64,000 nucleotides of DNA from Octopus vulgaris (GCA_951406725.2 OX597819.1:62744001-62808000), one strand, 5' to 3'. Shown: positions 38,068 through 50,131, counted from the first letter of the stretch. The notes: a model not told the origin generated them from the letters alone. Numbers and translations are program-made.

Positions 38068-40322
38068 TTAATTTCTCTGTGTCAGTATGTTCGGATGGTT
38101 GAGTCTGGGTTTGTACTTTTCAATGAAGAATGTTTCCTTGTTCAGTCTCATTTGTGTTGATGATCCGAAAGCACATTGGTAAAATGGGAAGATTAAAAAT
38201 TGTGGCAGTAGTTGCTTTGCGCATTTCTCAATGTGCTCACTAAAAGGTATCATTCTATATTCTGGGAATGCAATCTGTTGTCGATGCAGTGTGCATCTGC
38301 GCCTGAGTGATAGTCCCGTGGAACCCACGTAGTCTTGGTGGCAGCCCGAGCATTTAATAACATAAATTATGTTTTCAGAGGCACAAGTAAAGTTAGATTT
38401 GATCTTAAATTTCTGTCCTTCTTTAAAGAAGAATTCTGATCCTTCCAATAGGTTAGGACATGTTGCACAGTTCGATCTACCACATTTTTTTACTTTTGCA
38501 TCCGTAATTTTAGAAGACAATTTTGCCTTTGTGAGAATCTTTATAAGTGATTTAGGCTGTTTGTAGCTTTTAATGATTTGGTGTATGTTTAGAATTTCCT
38601 TAATTTTGGGTTTTTATGAAGTATTGGTAAATTCTGGGTGATGATGGTGAAGGCTTCTTTGTTTCTGGGGTTGTATGTAGATATGTAAGGTAGTATTTTC
38701 GGGGAAGGTGTGTTGTTGTGTTGAACTTTTCTTAAAGTTTCTATGTTGATTTCTGTTGCACGTCTGATCCCATCCTCTATGAGTTGAGCTGGGTAATGTC
38801 TGTCAATTAGGGTGTTTTTGAGTTCTTGCAGTCTAAAGTTCCTGGTATTTTGTTCTGACACTATTGTGCATATCCTTCTTGCAAGGTTGAAGGGTATGTT
38901 TGTTTTAGTGTGTCTTGGGTGGCATGAATTAAAAAGAAGGTATTGTTTGGCGTCTGTGGCTTTGTAAAAAATGTCTGTTTCTATTTTAAGGTTAATTTTT
39001 TTAATTAGTATATCCAAGAACGGGAGCTCCTTTTGGTTGTATTCCATTGTGAACTGTATATTTGGGTTTATGCTGTTCAATAGGTTTTTAAATTTTAGGA
39101 GTTTATCTATGTTTTCATTCCAGAGAATGAAACAATCGTCTAGGAATCGTTTCCAATTCTCTTTTATATATTGAGAGAGGGAGTTTCCAAAGATTGATAG
39201 AGATTCCTGGTAAATGATTATTTCCATGTATCCCATTGTTAAGTTCGCAATGACTGGTGCTGCCCTTGTACCCATAGCAATTCCGGATTTTTGACGGTAA
39301 AATGTATTGTCAAACATGAAGTGGTTATTGTGTAGGATGAATTCAATTGATTTAGTAATGAATTCCTTACTGATCCTTTTTGGTATTTCTTCCGGAAATT
39401 GGTCTAACCAGAATTGTATTGCCTCCAGTCCATAATTATGAGGTATACTGGTATACAAGTTGACTACATCAAATGAAACCAGGATTGTTTCTTCCTTGGT
39501 TTTTTTGGAAGGTGGTTTAACATATCTAAGTCATCTCTGATATGGCTATCGATATGTTTAAGGAAGGGTTTCAAGAGGATGTCCATAAGTAGACTTAGTC
39601 TGTGTGTTTCACAGGTTGGGCCAGCTACAATGGGTCGTAGTTTTAGGTCCCCCGGATTAGGTGTGTGTATGTATGTCTTTGGTGATTTTTTAATGGTTTC
39701 ATTTATAATTTGACTTTTATGAATTTTTGGCAGACCATAGAAAAGGCTAGGTTTGCATTTAAAGTTTGTTAGGAAATCAATCTCTTTGGTTGTCAGTTCC
39801 TTTTCATGGGTTTTAATTAGTGAAGATAGAGTTTTCATTATTTTTTGTGGGGTGTAGTTGGTAATTTTTTCATAATGTAGGTCTTCATCAAGCAAGGAAA
39901 TTACAAGATTTCTGTAGTATGATGTATCCATTATTACAACTGCATTTCCCTTGTCCGCTTCCTTAATGGTTATATCTTCATCATTTTGGAGTTCTATCAG
40001 TTCTTTCCATTGTGTATTGTTAAAATTTGGGTTAGCTTTCTGTTTATGTATAGTATGGTAGGGGAAGTTCTCAATGTGGTTACAGAATTCGTCAAGATCT
40101 TTATTTCTTCCTCTGTGTGGGATGTGTTCACTTTTGTTCTTGACAAGTGATTCATCTTCAGTATTGAAACTGTTTGATGCTTCTGCTAGTCTTAATTTTC
40201 TGCAAAATTCTGTTATATTATCCTTGAGTTCATTTAGGTTTGCTCTGCGTGGAGTTGGTGTAAATTTGAGCCCTTTTGCGAGGATGTCAATTTTTATGTT
40301 AGAAAGAGGTTTGGTTGAAAGA
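38068..40322 (-). pseudogene. Penelope RT + Zn-finger + GIY-YIG endonuclease (left arm, two frame breaks)
   Basis: KGLKFTPTP, IKEADKGNAVVIMD, FYGLPKIHK, LRPIVA, GIAMGTRAAP, RFLDDCFILW, IIYVIKCSGCHQDYVGST. Confidence 0.93.
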
Positions 40323-40723
40323 CCAATACCAGACCCAACCACCATACAGCACAATACGACACTAGGATAAGAAATACACCACACACAAATCACTACTACC
40401 CCATGAACCAAAACTACTGGTCCCCACTAAACACAAGACAAACGCAAAGAAACACTATGTCAAGCAACATCCCACATACAAGAAGTTCGAAACAAAAATA
40501 TTCCCCATACAGAAATTTTACACACACCACAAGCATTAACAACCATAGATTCCCACACACACACAACGATCGGAGGCAACAATACCACCACTCCCCCGAC
40601 CAAATACCACACAACCTCACAGACAACTCATACAAACAAAATTACACCCAACATTTTTTAGCCAGGGACCAGGGACACCAGGACACAGGCTGGAACCTAG
40701 TAATAAGGAAAAACCGAAGATAA
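40322..40723 (+). CDS. Upstream ORF (ORF1-like, low-complexity N/T/H/Q/R-rich), 5'-truncated at the inversion junction
   Basis: Frame is open from the junction to the stop at 40723 and overlaps the RT frame, which is open from 40540. Confidence 0.5.
   Translation, partial: TNTRPNHHTAQYDTRIRNTPHTNHYYPMNQNYWSPLNTRQTQRNTMSSNIPHTRSSKQKYSPYRNFTHTTSINNHRFPHTHNDRRQQYHHSPDQIPHNLTDNSYKQNYTQHFLARDQGHQDTGWNLVIRKNRR
40654..40660 (+). promoter_or_regulatory. Candidate -1 ribosomal frameshift slippery site U_UUU_UUA
   Basis: ORF1 codons CAT TTT TTA; a -1 slip enters the RT frame, which has no ATG until 41119. Confidence 0.55.
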
Positions 40724-42982
40724 TCAATCTTTCAACCAAACCTCTTTCTAACATAAAAATTGACATCCTCGCAAAAGGGCTCAAATTTACACCAACTCCA
40801 CGCAGAGCAAACCTAAATGAACTCAAGGATAATATAACAGAATTTTGCAGAAAATTAAGACTAGCAGAAGCATCAAACAGTTTCAATACTGAAGATGAAT
40901 CACTTGTCAAGAACAAAAGTGAACACATCCCACACAGAGGAAGAAATAAAGATCTTGACGAATTCTGTAACCACATTGAGAACTTCCCCTACCATACTAT
41001 ACATAAACAGAAAGCTAACCCAAATTTTAACAATACACAATGGAAAGAACTGATAGAACTCCAAAATGATGAAGATATAACCATTAAGGAAGCGGACAAG
41101 GGAAATGCAGTTGTAATAATGGATACATCATACTACAGAAATCTTGTAATTTCCTTGCTTGATGAAGACCTACATTATGAAAAAATTACCAACTACACCC
41201 CACAAAAAATAATGAAAACTCTATCTTCACTAATTAAAACCCATGAAAAGGAACTGACAACCAAAGAGATTGATTTCCTAACAAACTTTAAATGCAAACC
41301 TAGCCTTTTCTATGGTCTGCCAAAAATTCATAAAAGTCAAATTATAAATGAAACCATTAAAAAATCACCAAAGACATACATACACACACCTAATCCGGGG
41401 GACCTAAAACTACGACCCATTGTAGCTGGCCCAACCTGTGAAACACACAGACTAAGTCTACTTATGGACATCCTCTTGAAACCCTTCCTTAAACATATCG
41501 ATAGCCATATCAGAGATGACTTAGATATGTTAAACCACCTTCCAAAAAAAACCAAGGAAGAAACAATCCTGGTTTCATTTGATGTAGTCAACTTGTATAC
41601 CAGTATACCTCATAATTATGGACTGGAGGCAATACAATTCTGGTTAGACCAATTTCCGGAAGAAATACCAAAAAGGATCAGTAAGGAATTCATTACTAAA
41701 TCAATTGAATTCATCCTACACAATAACCACTTCATGTTTGACAATACATTTTACCGTCAAAAATCCGGAATTGCTATGGGTACAAGGGCAGCACCAGTCA
41801 TTGCGAACTTAACAATGGGATACATGGAAATAATCATTTACCAGGAATCTCTATCAATCTTTGGAAACTCCCTCTCTCAATATATAAAAGAGAATTGGAA
41901 ACGATTCCTAGACGATTGTTTCATTCTCTGGAATGAAAACATAGATAAACTCCTAAAATTTAAAAACCTATTGAACAGCATAAACCCAAATATACAGTTC
42001 ACAATGGAATACAACCAAAAGGAGCTCCCGTTCTTGGATATACTAATTAAAAAATTAACCTTAAAATAGAAACAGACATTTTTTACAAAGCCACAGACGC
42101 CAAACAATACCTTCTTTTTAATTCATGCCACCCAAGACACACTAAAACAAACATACCCTTCAACCTTGCAAGAAGGATATGCACAATAGTGTCAGAACAA
42201 AATACCAGGAACTTTAGACTGCAAGAACTCAAAAACACCCTAATTGACAGACATTACCCAGCTCAACTCATAGAGGATGGGATCAGACGTGCAACAGAAA
42301 TCAACATAGAAACTTTAAGAAAAGTTCAACACAACAACACACCTTCCCCGAAAATACTACCTTACATATCTACATACAACCCCAGAAACAAAGAAGCCTT
42401 CACCATCATCACCCAGAATTTACCAATACTTCATAAAAACCCAAAATTAAGGAAATTCTAAACATACACCAAATCATTAAAAGCTACAAACAGCCTAAAT
42501 CACTTATAAAGATTCTCACAAAGGCAAAATTGTCTTCTAAAATTACGGATGCAAAAGTAAAAAAATGTGGTAGATCGAACTGTGCAACATGTCCTAACCT
42601 ATTGGAAGGATCAGAATTCTTCTTTAAAGAAGGACAGAAATTTAAGATCAAATCTAACTTTACTTGTGCCTCTGAAAACATAATTTATGTTATTAAATGC
42701 TCGGGCTGCCACCAAGACTACGTGGGTTCCACGGGACTATCACTCAGGCGCAGATGCACACTGCATCGACAACAGATTGCATTCCCAGAATATAGAATGA
42801 TACCTTTTAGTGAGCACATTGAGAAATGCGCAAAGCAACTACTGCCACAATTTTTAATCTTCCCATTTTACCAATGTGCTTTCGGATCATCAACACAAAT
42901 GAGACTGAACAAGGAAACATTCTTCATTGAAAAGTACAAACCCAGACTCAACCATCCGAACATACTGACACAGAGAAATTAA
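40654..42982 (+). CDS. Penelope reverse transcriptase + GIY-YIG endonuclease (frame breaks near 42050 and 42443)
   Basis: IINLSTKPLS..KGLKF, FDVVNLYTSI, GIAMGT, FLDD, LPFLDI, HPRHTK, CGRSNCATC, IIY..YVG, RLNKETFFI, PRLN. Confidence 0.93.
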
Positions 42983-43118
42983 CAAGGAAATGGGAAAAAA
43001 ATTTTTTAAGCGATTATCTCCCCTACACCGGAAAAAATCACTCACTACCTCCCCTTATTTAGAAATCTCCTGGAAATAAAAACAACGATAAATCCATGCA
43101 ATATAAACATAACGTCAC

Positions 43119-43158
43119 AAGAAATTTGAAAAGCTACACGCGAAACCGGTAATTTCTT
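43119..43158 (+). ncRNA. Minimal type-I hammerhead-like motif in Penelope 3' UTR
   Basis: AAGAAAT-TTGAAAA-GC-TACAC-GC-GAAA-CCGG-TA-ATTTCTT: perfect 7-bp helix I, variant core, palindromic CCGG loop. Confidence 0.6.
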
Positions 43159-43291
43159 TAAAAATTTAAAAATTATGTCATTTTAAGGAAAGGAAAAAAA
43201 ATTTTTCCAATATTCTCCAGACATTTTGACACAAATATATATATCTTTTAACATTTAAGCCTTCTGTCGTTTTTTCACACTTTACTATTTT

Positions 43292-43329
<38 letters not shown>

Positions 43330-43435
43330 TATGTGAGTGTGCGTGTGTGTATGTGTGGTTGTATGTATGTGTATATATGTATGTATACATATGTGGGTAT
43401 ATATATATATATATATATGTATGTATACATATGTG

Positions 43436-43473
<38 letters not shown>

Positions 43474-43751
43474 TATATGTGTGTGTGAATGTGTATGTAG
43501 GTGTATATACATGTGTGTATGTATGTATATATATATATAAATATATATATATGTGTGTATGTATGTTAATGTATGTATACACACATGCATGCATAGACAC
43601 ATGTATATATTTGTTGATACATTTACCAGCGCTTCGTTTATTGACCCTCACATTCTCTTTATATTGCACAGAATTTTTGCCAAACTCTAACAAATAATTT
43701 TATGAAGAAGAAACGAAAATGGACGACTACATCTATCTATATATCTATCTG

Positions 43752-43848
<97 letters not shown>

Positions 43849-44079
43849 TTACATATATACATGCATATATATACATACACATATATATGTATATTTACAT
43901 ACAAACACAGACACACATACCCATATATATATATGCACGTATATACATATATATGCACGTATATATTATATTTACACATGTATTATTGTAGTATATGTAC
44001 ATGTGTACTATTTATACATTTATATTGCTGTATATATACAGATATATGTATATATATATATATATAATATATTGGTATG

Positions 44080-44131
<52 letters not shown>

Positions 44132-45289
44132 TATACATATATATATAAAATGTATCCAGACATACATAGGCTATATGTATATGCATACGTAATCATATAA
44201 TCATTTATACATATACACACACATGCATATGTATTGTAGATATATATTTTATTTGTCTACAATGTCTTAGCACAAATGTGTACATGCAAGCATGTACAAT
44301 TAAGTCATAGTAATTGACAGAGAAGAGAGACAAAAAACAAGGAAGATAAACTGCTGCACTCAGAAACAGAACAATTTAGAGTTAGACAATCAAAACAGCT
44401 ATGTGCTTAACCTAAGCTGTCTACCAGAACATTTCTGTTAAAAGACGATAAAAACCATTAAATAGAATATATGCGAAAAGAAAACTTGAAATAGCATAAA
44501 ATATAATGTAAAATGCTCTTCCTTTTAGGAAATATTACAGAGAACTTACAAAGTAAATTAGAAAATTGAGAAAAGAAGCAATTACATAAAAAGAAATAGA
44601 AATAACGAAAGTGAAATAAAATTAGGAGAAAGTGTAAAGAAAATAATTTTAAATTGAAATTACAAAAATTGTAAATTTAGATTAAAAATTGAACAAATCT
44701 GTACGTAGATTGATGTGGAACCGCACATAGATTGATGTGTCCCGCAGTTTTAACTTATAATATGGTCAAAGCCGTTTCTCATAATTATAAATACATCAAC
44801 CTATTTTTGTATAGATGAAAATGCAGCTTTACTTCTGTGTAATTCTGCGTATCTTTATTACTTTTTACAGTCTCCAAGTCTATGATTATAACATTTTACA
44901 TAACTTGCATAACAGTATAGTAAATCTTCATTGAGCATATTTTATAAAAATATGACGTGAATTTCGTAATGTATTTCTACCTGTTTCTTTTCTTCATGTT
45001 TAAATACGTATTAGCTTTATGTCCAATGGGGAGTATGTCGTTGAGAAGTGGTGATGAAAGTACATGATTGAGTGATTGATCGAAGAATCAATCAATTAAA
45101 TGGTTAAATAATTGACCAATTAAGAAAATAACCTCCTAAAGATCCAGAAGATACATGTGTATATTATTGGTATAACAAACCCTCCTGAGATACAACGAAA
45201 TATGTTTTTATACACAAGTCCACAAGAGGAAGCTTGAATACGAAATTCAGCACCGAACTAATCCTTTCTCATCAAGCAAGTAGGAAACT

Positions 45290-45670
45290 AGCCAGCCAGC
45301 TAGCCAACCAACCAGCCAAACAACAAACCAACCAACCAACCAGCCAACAAACTAAACAATAAGCCAACCAACCAACCAACCAACCAACCATCCAACCAAC
45401 CAACCAACCAACCAACCAACCAACCAACCAACCAACCAACCAACCAACCAACCAAAAAACCAACCAACCAACCAACCAACCAACCAACCAACAAACCAAC
45501 CAACCAGACAACAAACCAACCAACCAACCAACCAACCAACAAACCAATCAACCAACCAACCAACCAACCAACCAACCAACCAACCAACCAACCAACAAAC
45601 CAACCAACCAACCAACCAGCCAACAAATCAACCCACCAACCAACCAACCAACCAACCAACCAACCAATCA
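45290..45670 (+). repeat. (CCAA)n tetranucleotide array
   Basis: Direct reading. Confidence 0.95.
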
Positions 45671-45744
45671 CGACAGTAAAATAGTTGAAAATGAAGGACG
45701 ACACTTTCTACACCTCTTATAAAGTTTTTAAAGTCTTGTAAAGT

Positions 45745-47146
45745 CTACTCTACTTGTTTCAATCATTTGACTGCGGCCATGCTGGAACACCGCCTTTAGT
45801 CGAGTAAACCGACCCCAGGATTTATTCCTTGTAAGCCTAGTACTTATTCTATCGGTCTCTTATGCCGAACCGCTAGGTCAAAGGGACGCAAACACACCAG
45901 CATCAGTTGTCAAGAGATGTTGGGGGCATAAACACAGACACACAAACATATATACACACATACATATATACATATATACGAGGGGCTTCTTTCAGCTTCT
46001 GTCTATCAAATCCCCTCACAAGGTTTTGGTTGGACACCGAGGCTATAGTAGAAGACACTTGCCCAAGGTGCCACGCAGTGAGAATGAACCCGGAACCATG
46101 TGGTTGGAAGCAATTCTTTTTATTCTTTCTTTGGACAAATACATTAATGAATAAAAATGAAATATAATGAATAAATGAGAGACGAAACCCAACACCAGCC
46201 GATTGGATTTTTCTCGAAAACATATTTTCTTTTTTTTTTTTAAATCAATATGAGGTTTCGAACCTCTTACAAGGGGAGGCACTAAAACCTCTTACTTAAC
46301 ATGTTTCTTTCTTTTTTCTTTTTCTTTCTTAAAGTACAAAATTGAGGTTATAAACCACTACAAAATAATCCAATAAGATGAGGTTTCAAACCCTGTAACG
46401 AGGGTCTTTCACCTACTCTTCGATATATCCATCGATATATTCATCATTATCTTCAATGCCGCTTGAGTTCATGTATCCCGCCATTTCCCATGCCTCACTC
46501 ATGTAGGACATGTAAGTCGTGTAAGGGCCACCCGGCCATGTGCGACACTCCTCTCCAAATCCTTTGAGCCTTTCCCACAAGGGAAACCTTATGACCTCCA
46601 CAGCTATCTGCGGAGGCCATTCGGGATCCCGTGTGAAGGGCATATCTACTGTTTCTTTATGTTCTTTTACTATTTTTTCCACCTCCCCGCGCTTGTAGAA
46701 AAAGATAATCTTTAAGGGTGGGGGTAGTTTCTTCCACCTTGGGTGGCACAACTTCGGGACATGCAGTCGGCACATCATCTCCCCGCTGAGATGACACGTT
46801 CTTCTTCCTTCTTTTATTTCTTTTCTTCCTGGCTTCGGGAGAGTGGAGCTCTTCCGCTTTGTCCGGAGACTCTCCCCCGCCTTCCGAAGCCTTAGGTTCC
46901 TTCGGCGGGCAACTATTGTTGCTCGCCTTCTTCCTTTTTAATCCTTTTTGAGTTAAGGAGGCTGAAGCCTCCTCGACCACATCTACCTCTCCCTTTGACC
47001 GGGTAGGGGAGGTGGCATCTAGTAACTGTTCCAGGACCTTACCATGGTCCTGGGGGCAGTTCCTTTTAATGTGGCCTGGCTGCAGGCACGAGTGACACTT
47101 TGGGGGATGTCCCTCGAGGGGAAGCAAGCTACTTACCACACAGCAC
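45745..47146 (-). mobile_element. SINE family B split by a 1-kb insertion (head 47120-47146, body 45745-46113)
   Basis: Minus: GTGCTGTGTGGTAAGTAGCTTGCTTCC|insert|TTGCTTCCAACCACATGGTTCCGGGTTC...CCTTGGGCAAGTGTCTTCTACTATAGCCTCGG. Confidence 0.8.
46114..47119 (-). mobile_element. 5'-truncated ORF1-only retroelement with CCHC zinc knuckle, 8-bp TSD GGAAGCAA
   Basis: TSD at 46106-46113 and 47120-47127; CHSCLQPGHIKRNCP knuckle; one frameshift; stop at 46413; AATAAAAAGAA 3' end. Confidence 0.8.
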
Positions 47147-47615
47147 TATATTCTTTTGTCGTCTTATAGCATCTTATATTTATTTTGCAATATAATACTT
47201 ACTGCAGAGTGTCTTTTTGAACACACTGTACTAAGACCGATTCGTCTCATCCTGTCTCACTGTGTGTGTGTGTGTATGTGTGTGAGTGTGTCTGTGTGTT
47301 TGTGTGTGTGAGTCTGTGCATCTGTCTCAACTGTTTCCGTTCCTCTCCGTTTCGACTTCTAAAAACCGGATTAAGCAGCTCTGAGACAAGACAACTCATT
47401 GGGATCCTTTCTTCCAGGAATGGATGAAGGTTCACTTAAGAGCTAGAATCGTCTTCTCATCGAGTATGTGACAATATTAATATAAAGAAACCCTAGAATA
47501 AACAGGCACGGAGGACACGATGTGCCGTAGGGTACATGGAAGTTACAATAATAATATGTGATAGACATACACAAATATGTACATAAAACCTGACGCACAC
47601 ATCTATCTGTCTCTC

Positions 47616-47763
<148 letters not shown>

Positions 47764-47875
47764 GTGTCTGTGTGTCTGCCTGTGTGTGTGTCTGTCTGTC
47801 AGTTTATCTTCTCTATATAAATGTATATATATATATATATTTATTTATTCTCTCTTTGTTTATTTACTCCTGTTC

Positions 47876-47911
47876 CTTTCTGTTGAAGAGCGTTGGCTCG
47901 AAACGTAAAAG
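47876..47911 (+). ncRNA. Hammerhead-like motif (family H4)
   Basis: CTTT-CTGTTGAA-GAGC-GTTG-GCTC-GAAA-CG-TA-AAAG; variant core. Confidence 0.55.
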
Positions 47912-47997
47912 ACTTTCTCACCTTCCCGCGCGTCAAACTAGTACAACGGTTTGTTGTTTATACAACTGTTTTCGTCTTTTGTTTTTCTGTAAATTTC

Positions 47998-48136
<139 letters not shown>

Positions 48137-48254
48137 TGTACACAGTCTATAAATAGAATGTAAATAGATACCTTTTCAAAATTTCTGATCTAAGTGTCTT
48201 AATATATTTTCAGTGGTATAGAATTTACAATGTAATTATTCTTTTTCCTTCCAG

Positions 48255-48353
48255 GTGCCATTATATTCAACATTTGCGAAGAGTAACCAGAAGAAGACGC
48301 CAAATGGCTCTAAAACTACCTTATTTATCACATAGACACGCGCTGAAAGCGAG
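48255..48353 (+). other. Candidate 99-nt symmetric exon
   Basis: Polypyrimidine tract TTCTTTTTCCTTCCAG acceptor, GAG|GTAACT donor, length divisible by 3, one open frame. Confidence 0.3.
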
Positions 48354-48477
48354 GTAACTGAACAAAAAATAATTTTTGTTCATCTACCTATGTGGTAGAT
48401 GAACATTTTTGTTCATCTACCACATTATTTACCTCGTAAATAATGTGGTTTTAGAGCCATTTGGCGTCTTCTTCTAG
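48287..48477. repeat. Inverted repeat (41-bp arms, 3 mismatches) with nested small hairpins
   Basis: 48287-48327 vs 48437-48477. Confidence 0.85.
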
Positions 48478-48517
48478 CATGTGGCGCTACTCAGTAGCTG
48501 TCTTTATTACAGTTATG

Positions 48518-48571
<54 letters not shown>

Positions 48572-48886
48572 TGTATTCATAAACACACACATAAACGCAT
48601 AAATGCGTATACAAAAGTATACGATTTCGATATAGCTAATCTAATCGTTATTTTAATCATGATGATGATGGTTAAAGAATTATCGGTTAGGGATTTTTTT
48701 TCTGATATTTTCCTCTGACATTTACCTCTGATCAGGCGCCAAATTTGATGATAATATGCTCACTGTTTGGCAACTCTTCAATGCCTTTAAAACTTTTACC
48801 AATTTTACAGAGAGAATCCATTGCACGCATATTTACGTATCTATATTACTGCATCTCTTTTATCTTCAGAAATGCATAGAAATCTG

Positions 48887-48937
<51 letters not shown>

Positions 48938-49279
48938 ATATAAGCATGCGTATATATGCATATATTTGAATATGTATAAATATATGCATAAATATATAAA
49001 TATATATATACATCTCTCTCACACTATACATAAATACATACTTATATATATATATACATCTCTCTCTCACACTATACATATATGTACTCATTTATATGTA
49101 TATACATGTGTTGTATATGTGCATAATGATTCTTATGTAGATATACGTTGATTGTTGTGTAGGAGTGTACATACTCCCACACACATGTACATACAACTAA
49201 TTATACATATTTATTGAAATGTAAATTATCTGTATTAGGTACATACATATCGGTATATATTTTTCCTAGATGTTGATTT

Positions 49280-49322
<43 letters not shown>

Positions 49323-49355
49323 CATATGCTTGTATGTGTGTATATATATATACTG

Positions 49356-49387
<32 letters not shown>

Positions 49388-49390
49388 AGC

Positions 49391-49427
<37 letters not shown>

Positions 49428-49651
49428 AGCATATATATATATATATATATACATATATGCAGGCAAATGCATGTGTTTATATATATATATATACATGTGT
49501 GTATATATATATATGTGTATATATATATATGTGTGTGCAAATACACGTATACGTACATACGCACATATACGCACACACATACATACTTTATAAAAGTATA
49601 CTAATAAAAGATTTATACATCCATGTGAACAAATACATGCAATCATATACG

Positions 49652-49697
<46 letters not shown>

Positions 49698-50069
49698 GTA
49701 TGTGTGAGTGTGTGTGTTTGTGTGTTTGTGTGTGTGTCTTTGTGTGTGGGCGAATCTTTTTCTATTTTTTTTACCACACCTCGTGTTTTGGTTTCTGTTA
49801 ACCACAGAAGATAAACGAATCTACTTCGAGCAAATCTTTCTTTGGTGTTCTGTTCAAGTGCTGAACACATGTACTTGGCGTTGAGTGTGTATATGTGTAT
49901 ATGTGTAGGTATGTATATATGTGTATATATTTGTATTTGTGTGTTTGTGAGCGCGTAAATGCGCTTATCTCGCTGAAATATAATTATGTGTAATATGAAA
50001 AAAATTAAAAAATGCATTTTATTTGAATATATAAACATTGATTAATTCTCAGTTCATCTCAGTTCCATT

Positions 50070-50101
<32 letters not shown>

Positions 50102-50131
50102 ATGTATATGTATTTATGTATGTTTATATGC

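Larger units (their letters stand above)
37753..40322 (-). mobile_element. Penelope-like element, left (inverted) arm
   Basis: Reverse complement of 40728-43300; ORF pieces 39464-40322, 38589-39458, 38068-38520; about 35 extra 3' bases out to ~37717, then (TA)n. Confidence 0.95.
40323..43300 (+). mobile_element. Penelope-like element (Neptune-type: CxxxxCxxC before GIY-YIG), right copy including the unique 405-bp spacer
   Basis: RT and GIY-YIG motifs; KKCGRSNCATC Zn finger; 3' end runs into (TA)n. Confidence 0.95.

Noticed and set aside
39464-40411. Hydrophobic N-terminus (MVHGVVVICVW...) on the left-arm RT ORF
   Set aside because: Chance read-through of the antisense spacer across the inversion junction; real homology starts at LSTKP.
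45290-45670. Telomeric repeat or LVGW-repeat membrane protein
   Set aside because: The unit is CCAA/TTGG, not TTAGGG; a simple tetranucleotide microsatellite.
48448-48457. GTTTTAGAGC resembling the start of a Cas9 CRISPR repeat
   Set aside because: Single 10-bp match inside a local inverted repeat; coincidental.
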